Shown: piece by piece, positions 52,071 to 64,000 of the stretch
Layout of the letters: the number at the start of each line of letters is the position of its first letter
How positions within the stretch are numbered: the stretch's first letter is position 1
Source: Stegostoma tigrinum
Lineage: Eukaryota
Reading direction: 5' to 3'
DNA: 64,000 nt
Assembly (NCBI RefSeq): GCF_030684315.1
Contig: NC_081374.1
Span: 5,393,937-5,457,936 of the forward strand
Notes under the pieces: model-generated
Databases searched by the model: none
The model's input: the letters and a program-made list of their open reading frames with translations, nothing else
Told to the model about the DNA's origin: nothing
Program-made: the position numbers and the translations under genes

Positions 52071-54411
52071 AAGGGTTTATGTTAAGTATTGTATGAAGGA
52101 TTTTCGAAGGTGGCTTGAGTGCTAGTATAGATAATGTAAATAGCCTGATTTTTATGCTTTGTTCGGTAGCTTAGCGTGACCATTTTGCATAGAAAGTAGC
52201 AATGACTGTTTCCTCTGTCCTTGTGGCATTCTATTTGTAGGCAAGTTTCTCTTCGATTATTTCCTTTCTATCTTTCATAAAGCAACTTCTATGCGAGTTC
52301 TGTGCAAAGTAAACTCTTAAAATGAGTGAAGTTGCGGCTGGATATTTGACAGCTCATCTATTATAAAACTTCAAAACTGCTAATTTTGTGAACTAAATGA
52401 CCTCTAGCTAAATTTCTAAGTTAGCCACCTGAAGTTTTACTTGTATTTGCATGCAACATCCAAAAATCTCATTTTGGCTCTCATTTTCTCGTGTTAAATA
52501 CAGGAAGCTGTATTCCTGTCCTGTCTGGTTATCGTAACAATTCCTCGGATGAATTAGATTTCTGTGCAACAGGTTGTATGTTTCACTCTAAATGCACACT
52601 TTAGTGTACAGTTGTGATATACTTTAAAGTTATCTCAGATGGAATGCATTTTTAAAATATTTACTTTGGGATATTGGTAAACCAGCTCAGCGCTATAATT
52701 ATTGGCCCAAAACTTGAGCCTAGTCAAAGGGAATATGTTGGGAATTCTGGGCATCTAGAATCAAGATGATGGCAGAGAAGGACTCATCAGCCAGAGCTCG
52801 TTTGCCCTGACTGATTCTTTACTTTCTCTTTCACTCTTGTTTTTGCCTACCTCCCCGTCCTTGAGCCTCAAAGTTAGCGTGGGTCCCTAGCCTGTCTGCA
52901 GTCGGAGTGGAAGGGCTGTCATTCTGAATTTTTACTTTTCTAATTTATTCCTTTTTTTGGTTTTGTACTTAAAGATGGCACAAAGGCCTGCAGTGCTAGA
53001 TGACTTTCTTTTCTAACTTTTTCGAAGAATTTGCAGTTAAACATCTGTACCTAGGCATCTTTAGCTCCTAGGGTGATTTTTTTTAAACTTTTTGCTGTAC
53101 TCATGAATACGTGTGACAGTAATACTTGCTGGATGAATGATTTTTGAAATGCTCAGGTCAGGTAGTATCTGTGGAGTGAAGTGCTTGGGATCTGCTCCTC
53201 TTGCTTAGCTTTGTTACTTCCCTCCCCAATTCTGTGATAATTGTTACATATAGCTGTTTACCGTCTCTTTTGCATGACGACAAAAGGTGTGCAGATAGCA
53301 GAAGTTGTATTCCCTATCCCTTGCATGTTTTGTGCATCTTGTGTGATCCTAGATTGCTGTTTTAATAGAATGCAACAAAATTGCACAACAAATGTATGAA
53401 ATGGCAAGCAACTGTCTAGTTGAAAGTTGTACGTCATGTAGTTGAATAATTAAAGCAAGTGTATTTTCTAGTTTAAAAATGCAGATGTCTCCAGAAAGAA
53501 AGTCACCTGACAGTTTGTGTATTGATGCTGTCAATCATGCCAGGAATTGCACAAGAAATGTTGTCATTTTTATAAATTGGCATTGCTCTTGACAATGTTT
53601 TGAGTCAGTTTGGCTGGTTTGTTGGAATTACTGACTTTACCTGAATTGGTGATCCCAAGCCAGGAATCTATTCAGTGAAAATTGGCTTACTTTCCTTCAT
53701 TCTTTACACTACGCTCTAAAAATGTTACAAAGATATTTTATTATAATTGTTACGTCTTGATTGAAATGAGCATGTTTTTACTAGAAACAAAGACGTTTTA
53801 GTTTTTTCTTTTAGGTAAATGCACACTATTACTTGCACAACCTAGTTGACAAAACAGAAAGCTAGGCTTGATAGAAATTGATGTTACTTTTCTGACGTTA
53901 TGTTGCTCATACTGAGGAGCCTGAAGAACCAACAGTCCATTGTAACAATGGCTTGTTTAGCTGTGCTGTGGAATATGCTGAATTGGAACTCCAGTAACAC
54001 AATATTTAGAGACTTGAGGCACTCAAAGCATCTGAGTTCTTTTTTCCCCAAGCAGGCTTATTCATGAGACGGTGGAATAAAATCTAACACTTCTGGAACC
54101 TTTAATGGCCTGGAACCTTATATACTGTTAAGATGTAGCTCTATGTATTGGATGGGGTCAAGGTGGCGTTGGAGCTGCACTCGTCGAGGCAAGTGGGGAG
54201 TATTGCATCGTGTTCTTGATTATGCCTTTCAGATGTTAGACTTTGGGCACCAAGTGAACTTGCTGCAGAATTCCCAGCTTCTGAATTGCTGTTGTAGCCA
54301 CATGACTTATGGCTAATTCAGTCTCTGCTCAATGGTAACCACAACCTTTTATATTTGTGGGATTCAATGATGTCAATGCTACTGAACATCATGGGGTGAT
54401 TAGATTCTCTT

Positions 54412-55564
54412 GAACATAGAACATAGAACATAGAACAGTACAGCACAGTACAGGCCCTTCGGCCCACAATGTTGTGCCAAACTGTTACCCTAAACCTAGG
54501 GTCTATCCAACCTCCACCCCCACCTTACACTATCATCCATACGCCTATCTATTAGCCACTTTAATGCCCCTAATGAGGCCAACTCTACTACCCTCTCCAG
54601 CAATGCATTTCATGCCCCTACCACTCTCTGAGAAAAGAACTTACCCCTGTGTCTCCCTGAAATCTACCTCCTTTCAATTTAAAACTATATCCCCTCATAA
54701 AAGCTACCTCCACCCTAGGAAAAAGTCTCTGGCTGCCTATCTATACCTCTGATCAGTTTGTACCCCTCTGTCAAGTCACCTCTCATCCTTCATCGTTCTA
54801 AAGAGAAAAGCCATAACACTCTTAACCTTTCCTCGTAAGACCTTCCCTCCATTCCAGGCAACATCCTGGTAAATCTCCTCTGCACCTTTTCCAACACTTC
54901 CACATCTTTCCTGTAACGAGGTGACCAGAACTGGAGACAATACTTCAGATGTGGCCGAACCAGGCTTTTGTATAGCTGGAGCATAACTTCATGTCTCTTG
55001 AACTCAATCCCTCTATGAATGAAAGCTAACACACCATACGCCTTCTTAACAACTCTATCCACCTGGGTGGCAGCTTTCAAGGAACTGTGGACATGAACCC
55101 CAAGATCCCTCTACTCCTCCACACTGCCAAGAATCTTTCCGTTAACCCTGTATTCTGCTTTCAAATTTGTCCTTCCAAAATGAATCACCTCAGACTTTAC
55201 AGGGTTAAACTCCATCTGCCACTTCTCAGCCCAGCTCTGCATTCTATCAATGTCTGTTTGTAACCTAGAACAGCCCTTCGCACTGTCCACAATGTGATCC
55301 ACCTTCGTATCATCCGCGAACTTGCTAATCCACCCTTCCACTCCTTCATCCAAATCATTCACAAAAATCACAAACAGAAGAGGACCCAGAACAGATCCTT
55401 GTGGTACACCACTCGTGGCTGAGCACCATGTTGAATATTTTCCGTCCACTGCCACCTTTGGTCTTCTAAAGGTCAGCCAATTCTGAATCCAATCTGCCAC
55501 ATTTTCCCCGATCCCATGCCTCCTTACCTTCTGCATGAGCCTACCATGGGGAACCTTATCAAAC
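54412..55564 (-). mobile_element. 5'-truncated CR1 LINE
   Basis: [36 protein letters not shown]; (AGAACAT)n tail. Confidence 0.95.
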
Positions 55565-57143
55565 TCCTGTTGCCTGGTACTTATGAATATTATTTGCCAT
55601 TTGTCGACCCAAACCTGGGTAGTGATTAAGCCTTGCTGCATTTGATTCTTGACTACTTTGCCTAACTTGGGGGTTGTATATGGTTCTAAACATAATACAA
55701 CCACCAGTGAACATTCCAATTTCAGACATTGTAAAAAGTGTTCAATGTTTTGGCTTCAGCCATTTTCTGTGGAAGAGAATTTCACAGGCCCATCACTCTG
55801 GGTGAAAGTATTTCTCCTGTTCTCAGTCCTTTTGAAGACTTATCCCATATCCTTAAAGTATGACTCCTGGTTGTGGACTGCCTGATCACTGGGAACATCC
55901 TTCCTGAATTTACTTTGTCCAGTCCTGTTAAGACTTTATAGGTTTCTGAAACCTTTCATTCTTAATGCTAGTGAAATAATCCTAACTAATTCAGTGTCCC
56001 TTTGTATGTCAATCATGCATACCAGGAATTTCCCTGGTAAATCTTAGTTGCCCTCCCTCCATAGTGCAAATCTCCATCTTTAAATAAGGAGACCAGTACT
56101 GCACACACTGCTCCAGGTGTAATCTCACCAAGGCCTTGCACAGCAGGATATCCCTGTATTTGTAGTTGGTAGTATCGTTTTCCACAGCCTGATTGCAGTC
56201 TTCAGGTCCTGGGTGAACATGGATGCTGACTAGATACTAGTTCATCTGTATAATGGTGTAGATAAGCACCAGTGAAGTAACCTCCTCCCTCCGGACCTCA
56301 CTGTGAAGTAAGTTAGTCTGAAGCTAGATAAATATCTAAAGGTGCTTGGTGTATTTGGTATTTTGTTTTCATTTTGTTTTTTTAAATTTAATTTATTTAG
56401 CAAGCAGTGAGATTGTATTTGCCAATCAACTTGCCTGAGTTGTAAAGTCTGTCCTTGGCTTTTTAATACACTTTGCTTTATTACAAAACAAAAAGTTTCT
56501 GGGAGCCCTTGATTACCTTCTTGAGAAGTGAGACTATCTAAGGGCTCATCTTTGTCCTATTCCACTCTTAAAAAAGCTTATTCTAGTCTTTTTTTTGACT
56601 GTTTGTGTAGTCATGTTTCTATCCCAGTTATTTTAAGGAGTATTTTCCCTGGAAGGGAAAATCCTCACTAAGAACATGTATTACTTTGGATATTTCCACT
56701 TGTTGAGTGATGTACTTTTTGTCAGTGTTGTTTTTTCATCTTTTGAACCCAACACCTGAAGTACTTTACTGAGGTGGCTTAGTTGAAATACTTTACCAGA
56801 TGAGCCTATGGAGAATCTATCTCTGCTCTCTTGCCTAAGCTAAATTTGGGATCCCTGCCAGAAACATGGACTTTGCATGGCGTAGATGCAAAAGTATTTG
56901 GCATAACTATACTCTCTCCCTATTTACTGAATTCCAATATAAAACCACTGCCTGCTGGACGAGCTGAGTGCAGTGTCTGGCGGTCAGTGACTGGAATTTT
57001 GAGTAGGGTAAGGTTAGGAAGGTGTAGTTGTTGTGCTTTGTGCCCTTGCAATGGTGTTGTATATCAACTCAACAGTGGGAAGTTATGCCCAAAGGTAGGT
57101 AGGAAGATGCAGTGGAGGGCCTTCTGGAAGCCTCTAATTCTAT

Positions 57144-57354
57144 CAGAGATAGTAGGAACTGCCAATGTTGGCGTCTGAGGTAACAAGGTGTGGAACTGGA
57201 GGAATGTAACAGGCCAGGCAGCATCAGAGGAGAAGGAAAGCTGATGTTTCAGGTTGGACTTTCTGAAGAAGGGCCCTGACCTGAAATGTTAACTTTCCCA
57301 CTCCTCTGCTGCCTGGCGTGCTGTGTTCCTCCAGCTCCGCACCTTTGTTATCTG
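57144..57354. mobile_element. Older palindromic PLE terminal-repeat insertion
   Basis: Diverged inverted arms with CTGAAGAAGGG...CCTGAAATGTT core; no clear TSD. Confidence 0.7.
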
Positions 57355-57585
57355 TAATGCTTTGTTTAGGCACTTCTCTTGTAGATAAACAATGATATTA
57401 TGGTACTGCAGGGAGGGGAGAGCCCTGAATGCTCATAAATGTGAGACCATAATACCCACAATTCAAATTACAATTACTTAATACATGTATTTGTCAGTTG
57501 ATACTTGAATGTTCCATTTAAGTGTTTTTTTAAAAAAATGCAGTTCCACAATTTTGACATACTTTTTTGCTTTCTTTAATTATAG

Positions 57586-57669
57586 AATTCTACCTTTTAA
57601 AATTAAGTGGAACTATTTTTTAAAGAATTTGCTGACATCTGAACTTTCCCATCCTTTGCAACCAAAGAG
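57586..57669 (+). other. Candidate internal exon (84 nt)
   Basis: Branch-like TTTGAC ~57553; tract CTTTTTTGCTTTCTTTAATTATAG; consensus donor GAG|GTAAGT (57670). One frame is open (ILPFKIKWNYFLKNLLTSELSHPLQPK) but I do not recognise it, so it may be 5'UTR. Confidence 0.62.
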
Positions 57670-58154
57670 GTAAGTAACCTCGCGGTAAACCAAGAATTTA
57701 CTCGCCACTTGTTATTTATTGTTGATGAATGAATAGCTTTGACATTCAGCTGTGTGGATTGCTTGGTTCCATTTGACCCCTGATTGGGCACAATTGGCTT
57801 TCACCTGTGCAGTTTGTTAACCTTTGGAAGCTGTTAGATGTGGGATGTCCCACCTTTGGTGAGGAGGCCTGGGTTGAAGTCTTATGATGTGGAGATGTGT
57901 AATATTGCTGAATAGGTTGTTTAAATAATGTAAAACTTGCAGTTTGGCTGATTTTGTGCTTTGAGTAAAGCAAGATATAGAATCATACTTGTATTGGTGT
58001 AATATTTGTAAAATGTCTTAGTTTGGAACTTAACGACTTTCCTTTCAACATGGCATTCACCAGTTTAGTTTCTTGCTTGGAGCAAGCTTTTGTGCTTTTG
58101 AGCTTTTGAGCAGGATTATTCTCAATAATTATTATATTCTGAGCCTTAACAGTT

Positions 58155-59645
58155 TATAGATTCAGATTCATACAGCGCAGGGAGGCCATTAAGTCTGCAC
58201 TGACACAACTACCACCAAAAGTGCATGAATCCCAATTTGCTGCATTTGACTCAAGTTTTTTTTTTAAAAAGGTTCTAAGCTTACAAGTCTCCACTACCCT
58301 CCCAGGCAGTGCATTCCAGATTGCCACCACCTGTTGAGTGAAAAGGCTTTTCTCCAGGTTCCATCTGAATCTCTTGCCTTTTCCGTAAAAACCATGCGCT
58401 CTTGTGATTTGATCTTTAAACCAAGAGGAACTGCTCTCTTCACCCTGACCATACCCATCCTAATCTTATGCACCTTAATCATGTTTCTCCCCCATCCCCA
58501 CCTCAGTCTTCACTGCTGTAAAGAAAACAATCCAATCCTATCTAGTCTCTCCTTTTTTATCACTGAATTTCTTCGTCCCAGGCAACATCCTGGTGAACTT
58601 ACTTTGTACCCCTATTGGTCTATCACATTCTTTCTGCAGTGAAATGACCAGAACTGAACACAGTGCTCCAGTTGTGGCCTAACCAGCGTTCAGTACAACT
58701 CTAACATTACCTTCTTGCTCTTATACTCTGCCACGACTGAAAGCAAGTGTCCCATATGACACATTAACTGTCCTATTCACGTACTGTGCTGACTTTGGGA
58801 TCTGAGTAATTATTACAAGATTCCTCTTTTAAGCTACTTCGCGTTCTCCATGCATTGAATACTCTCATCTTGTTTTTTCCAAACTGCATCACCTCATACC
58901 TACCAGTCTAATAGCGTCAGCACATCTGACTAACCCACCTGTCTTCCTGTAACCTACAACACTTTTTTTTTCTTTAACCACTCTACCAATCTTTGTGTCA
59001 CCTGCAAATTTGCTTAACGTTACTCCCACACTTCCATCTAATCACTTATGGTACAAGAAGCAAGGGTCCCAGTACTGATCCTTGTGGTATACTGCTAGCC
59101 ACCAGCCACTGAAACAGCTTTCTACCACTAACCTCTGCCCTATTTCTAAGCCAGTTTCTGATCCATCTTGCTGAGTTTTCCTTCATTCTGTGAGATTTTA
59201 CCTTCAGTCTCATGTGGGATGTTGTCAAAACCTTTCTAAAAATCCATAGAAACCATATCAGCAGAACTTTCCTCATCCACACACTTGATCACATTTTCAA
59301 AAATCTAACAGATTTGTTAAGCATGATCTCCCTTTCACAGAGCCATGCTGACTATCCTTAAATAACCCATGCCTTTCCAAGTTAATATTAATTTGCTTCG
59401 GAATCTCCTCCAATACTTTCCCTACCATTAGCATGAGACTCACCAGTCTGTAATTTCCTGGTTCATCCCTACCACCCCACATCAGCTGCCCTCTGGTCCT
59501 TTGGCACTTCCTCTGTGGCCAGACAGGAATTAAAAATTTGTGCAATCCCCTGCAATTTCCACCCTCCCCCTCCACAGCATTCTGGGATGCAGTTCACCTG
59601 AATCAGGTGATTTGTCTGTTTCTAAGCCTGAAAGATCCTCCAATT
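58155..59645 (-). mobile_element. Decayed CR1 LINE (RT region to 3' end)
   Basis: [43 protein letters not shown] in minus ORFs 59297 and 59046. Confidence 0.88.
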
Positions 59646-59907
59646 TCCCTTTTCCTATGTAAAACTAAGCCTCAGTCCCTTCTATCTTGGAGAATGTAGG
59701 TACAGAATTCTTTTTTCCAGAGTGAAGGTCGTCTGATTTATTTGCCATTGTTGGTTTTTAAGTTGAATTTATGCTGGCAAAGGACATTTGGCTGTTAAAT
59801 TGCACTGCAATCGCAACGTGCCATGATAATGACCAACATTCCCTTACATTTCTTTTGAGCATATGGTCCCTCTATTCCTTGGCACACTTATGTGCTGTAG
59901 GCTTAAA

Positions 59908-60261
59908 AGGAGCAATTCTGAGAGAAGACATTTGGATCCTGCATCAGTTTAGAGAGATGCTACTGTGAAGCCTTTCACAAACTGGATACTGTTGTGAATG
60001 TGAAATTTCCCATTGAGGTCTTTTTAACCTTCCATCAAGCACAATGAATACACTTTTTTTTGGCATTTTATTTGGTCGACACCAAAGAGAGTCCAGAACC
60101 AGTGGTCATGGTGGGAGGAGGAGGAGCAATTCTGAGAAGACATTTGGATTCTGCTTCACTTTAGAGGGATGTTACTGCTAAGCCTTTCTCAAACCTGGGT
60201 ACTGTTGTGAATGTGAAATTTCCCATGAGATCTGTCTACTTTTTCATCTAGCCCATTGAAT
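59908..60261 (+). repeat. Two diverged direct copies of a ~140-bp unit
   Basis: 59908-60049 vs 60122-60261; both begin AGGAGCAATTCTGAGA and share TACTGTTGTGAATGTGAAATTTCCCAT. Confidence 0.88.
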
Positions 60262-60349
60262 TCGCTGGGAAACCTCATGCCTGGCAGCATCTGTGGAGAG
60301 AAAGCGGTTAACATTTCAGGTCCAGTGACCCTTCAGAATTTAGATCCTC

Positions 60350-61470
60350 TGTCATATCATAAGGTCATGTCTTGCACTTTCAAACTCCAATGAATGCAAA
60401 TTCAAGCTAATTAGCCTGTCCTTTTCTTCAAATTTCAAAAAAAAACTTCATACTTGGGATCAACTCAGTGAACCTTTCTTCTGGACTGTCTCCCGTGCCA
60501 GTACTTGGATCTGAGATCTCCAAATCACTGCAGCTTGCTTGTTTTATTAACCTTGGTTTTTCTAATCAACCTGTTCAGAGATGTTATTTAATGCCTTTTG
60601 GAGCAGATGGGATTTGAACCTGGGCATCCTGGTCCAGGGATGGGGTCACTGCCACTACTCTACAAGAGAGCCTTTCTGCAGCTTTCATCCATTTTTTCCC
60701 AGTTTTAAATCCATTTTTCTGTTATTGCCAAAGTGCATGATCTCATTTACCATTCTTTTCACCTGCCTGTATCCATCTATAGGTGCTTTGTCATCCTCAC
60801 TATTTGTTGTCCCAGCAATTTTGCCACATGCAAACCTGATTAACTTTTGCTTCCGCTATACAAATCAAGATTTATAGCAAATACTTATGGTTCCAGCCTT
60901 GATTGTATTGGCACTACTAGTTACAAGTTGCCATTCTGAAACTGCTCCCTTTACTCCAACTGTTAATTTTTTTCAGTGTGAATATACTGTGTTCAACATT
61001 GTAGGCCCTTAAGTAGCCTCATGCACAGGCACCTTCTATTGAATGCCTTTTGGAAATCAACCTAGCATTTTGGCTGGTGTCCCTTCATCTACCCTACTTA
61101 TTACCCCCAGAATTCTAATAAATTTGTCAGACATGACTTCACGAAGCTATGTCGTCTCTGCTTGCTCGTTTTTATATATTTCTAATGTTCTGCCTACTTT
61201 TATAATAGACTCAGCACTTTCTCAATGACAGAAGTTAAGCTAAGTGGTCTATAAGTACAGTTTTTGTCTTTTTTTTGAATAGGACAGTTTCTCAGCCTAT
61301 TGAGATTGAGACCCTGGATGAGACTTTGGATGATTACTACCAGTGTATCCATTATTTCTGTAGCAACTTCCATAAATGACCTAGGATATATTTTATCAGG
61401 CCTGGGCATAATTGGTCTTCAGCCCAACTAGATTCCCAAACACTTCCCCAGTGATAGTTGGTAAGTTTAT
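60350..61470 (-). mobile_element. Old CR1 fragments
   Basis: Minus ORF 61200 PRPDKIYPR...YRPLSLTSVIEKVL; reverse complement of DFQKAF (GAATGCCTTTTGGAAATC). Confidence 0.7.
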
Positions 61471-63563
61471 CCCTTTTTTAAGATCTGAATAAAAATCAAT
61501 TTTTTTGATTAACTTCCCAAGCAACCAACTGATTAAAAGACAATGTTTTAAAACTGTAGGTTGCTTTGTAAAAAGGCAAAGCAACTAAGACATTTTAAAC
61601 AAAAAAGTACTTTTGCAGTGACTAGCACTATCAAAATGTGCCTTAACCTCTTACTGTGTCCTACATTTCAGGCGGTTGTGGCATTAAAAAAAAAATTCCA
61701 ATGTCCTTGGCTCACTTCACGTTGTCCTAGGTTGCAATTTCAAGTGTCCTTCCACTTGGCCTGAGTCTCCTAGGTTATAATCATGAGAAAGGCCTCCCTT
61801 AGTATACCTTTAGTCCTTGAATCCTCAGTAGTCCCACTTCTTTGTTCTGTCCTCTTCTGAAGGAAAAAACATTCCTGCAAACACTCTGGTTCATCACAAT
61901 ATCATCTACATTGTCTCAAAAGTAACAGTGCCTTCTACAACGCTCCTGATTTCTCCATCAGTTTTTAAATTCATGACCACCTTCTGAGTTTATACACCAA
62001 AGAAAGTGGTGATTCCTTCATCCCTCTGCCTTCGAAGCTTCTTTCAAATGGCAGATTTTTTTAAAAATCGCAAAATGCTTTCAAGTTTTACTATCCGTCA
62101 CTAAATCTTGTGGTCTTTGTTTTAATGGAGGTGGTGGGGGAGAGACTCTAGATACTAAGACTACGGGGATTTTCCCATCCTTGGTTAACCAGTCCAATTC
62201 AGTGCTTGTCTCTTGCATTGGAGTCCCTACAGCTGTGTACTGCAGTCCTTTTGACCTTGTTCTGTACATAGTGGTCATCACACCTTTACATTAAACACTC
62301 CTATTTAAAAATCACCAGATTTTGTTGTCTTTTCTGTGGTTTTAACTACTGTATTCCCTACAGATTTACTCCCACTGGTTATTTTCACGCATTTCCTTAT
62401 CTTTCCACTGAGTGTCTTCCCATTCTGGCAAGAATAATGAAATGCTAATAGCCTAGAAGAGTGGAGACCACTCATACTCTTGAGTATTAACCTGGCTTCT
62501 GTTGACTGACTAGTATTTGGTCTTATGCACATGAGTATATTAATTCCAAAACCTTAGCCTGTTGTCCAAATGACCTTTTGCAAAGATTCTGCTTTTAAAA
62601 TTACTATCAAACAAATGTTAAAACATTTATGCAATGCTTCTATGAAGTGGTGTCCTGGTAGCAATTTCTTCAGAGTTCCTGTGTAGTGGAACATGGAGTA
62701 ATGCCATTGCATTCATAAAGCTGTTTTTTAAAAAAAAATGCTTGTTCAGTGCCACAGCCATTGTAATGATCATGTTCACAGCTTTTCCCCATTTCCTTTG
62801 AACAGTCATTGGCTGGTTCAGCAACAGTGTACACCAGTGCATTACTCTTGCAAATGTAGTGTCCCTTCCTTTTTGAAAAAGATATTAGCTCATGCTCAGC
62901 TGTGCTGTCATGTCCAGATTACCCAGAGTAAGTCAGCCATTTCACTTCTTAGCATGTTTGCTGGTTTTATTTCCCTTGTGAAAACTGCAAATCAGTGACC
63001 TTGCTGATACTAAAATTCCTTTTTTCTAATACGAATATGACTTGAGACAGTTGGGCATTTTTTTACAAAATGTCCTGTGATATTTTTGTTTAAGAAAGGA
63101 AATTACTAAATAGTTCCAGTATGAACAGTACATAGAGGATGTTAAATAGTATCTTCAAGTCAGTGACTGTATGCTGTTAAAACCCTTTTTTAATATGGTT
63201 CTGTTGCATATTCACAAATCCAGAATAATGGAGGAACTCTGGGTCTGGCAGCACATGTGGAGAGAAATAGTTGGCATTTCAAGTGTGGTATGACTTCAGT
63301 TCTTCGCAATGAGCAGTGGGGACTGAAGTATACTTTTGCCAAGCCCATTTTAGCTGCCTAAACTATTTTCCAAGTTCAGGTGTAGAAATCTACCAGTGCA
63401 ACTAGTTCTGCCATGATCCATCTATACATGTAACAATTTTTCATCTTTCAAGAGATGAAGACATGGCCAAGCATACATTTGCCTTTGTTTCTGTAATTTA
63501 GAGCCTTATTCAGATTTACAGATTCCATTGTTTTTAACACTTGAGCCATTGGTATTTGTAAAT

Positions 63564-63722
63564 GAGATAATGGGAACTGCAGATGCTGGAGAATCCAAGA
63601 CAACAAAGTGTGAAGCTGGATGAACACAGCAGGCCAAGCAGCATCTCAGGAGCACAAAAGCTTTTGTGCTCCTGAGATGCTGCTTGGCCTGCTGTGTTCA
63701 TCCAGCTTCATACTTTGTTGTC
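63564..63722. mobile_element. Fold-back PLE terminal-repeat insertion, family A (no spacer)
   Basis: Palindrome centred on AGCT 63659-63662; perfect 15-bp TSD TTGGTATTTGTAAAT at 63549-63563 and 63723-63737. Confidence 0.92.
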
Positions 63723-64000
63723 TTGGTATTTGTAAATAGCCAGTTGAGCTGACACTTTTCTTTGGACCTTACCAGAAATAAACACCCATTCTTGTTCCTC
63801 TTCCTTTTTAATTGTGGAAGGTATAGAAGTTCGTTGTACATCAAATCTGAAGCAATATTCCAAGAATGTGTTGCTGTACCAAGTGGTAGAATTGGCAGGC
63901 CTAAGTTGACATTGTCACATGAAAACAGGCTATTTAGCCCACCTGTTTTGAACCAATATTTATGCTGCAATTTGGTCTCCTCTCCTCCTTCATTGTCATA

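Noticed and set aside
15267-59645. Antisense bias of intronic CR1 copies
   Set aside because: The longest young copies are on the minus strand, but several plus-strand copies exist; too few to call.
2755-63722. Palindromic repeats as CRISPR repeats, REP elements or classical MITEs
   Set aside because: The context is eukaryotic and the copies are dispersed rather than arrayed. Arm and TSD lengths vary, and the repeat is attached to PLE coding sequence.

Overview
Non-coding, repeat-dense vertebrate DNA. The repeat families (HE1-like and Deu-domain SINEs, CR1 LINEs with (ATGTTCT)n tails) suggest a shark or ray. A CpG-island promoter at ~10.2-11.1 kb appears to start a + strand gene. Only small candidate 5' exons are visible (10.5-10.6, 14.2, possibly 39.1, and 57.6 kb), and I cannot identify the gene. 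Every ORF with a recognisable product is a retroelement fragment: CR1 (one young, nearly complete ORF2 at 32.0-34.9 kb), Rex1/Babar, or Penelope-like (PLE). The main signal is about a dozen short insertions of PLE terminal repeats from two families, with 8-16 bp target-site duplications (TSDs). Many are fold-back palindromes and most carry an intact or decayed minimal hammerhead ribozyme core (CUGANGA-N-stem II-GAAAC-GUC). Two palindromes fold back exactly at the predicted cleavage site, and one insertion captured an inverted 133-bp copy of neighbouring DNA. Boundaries of old repeats are approximate, and family names come from recognition, not database searches.
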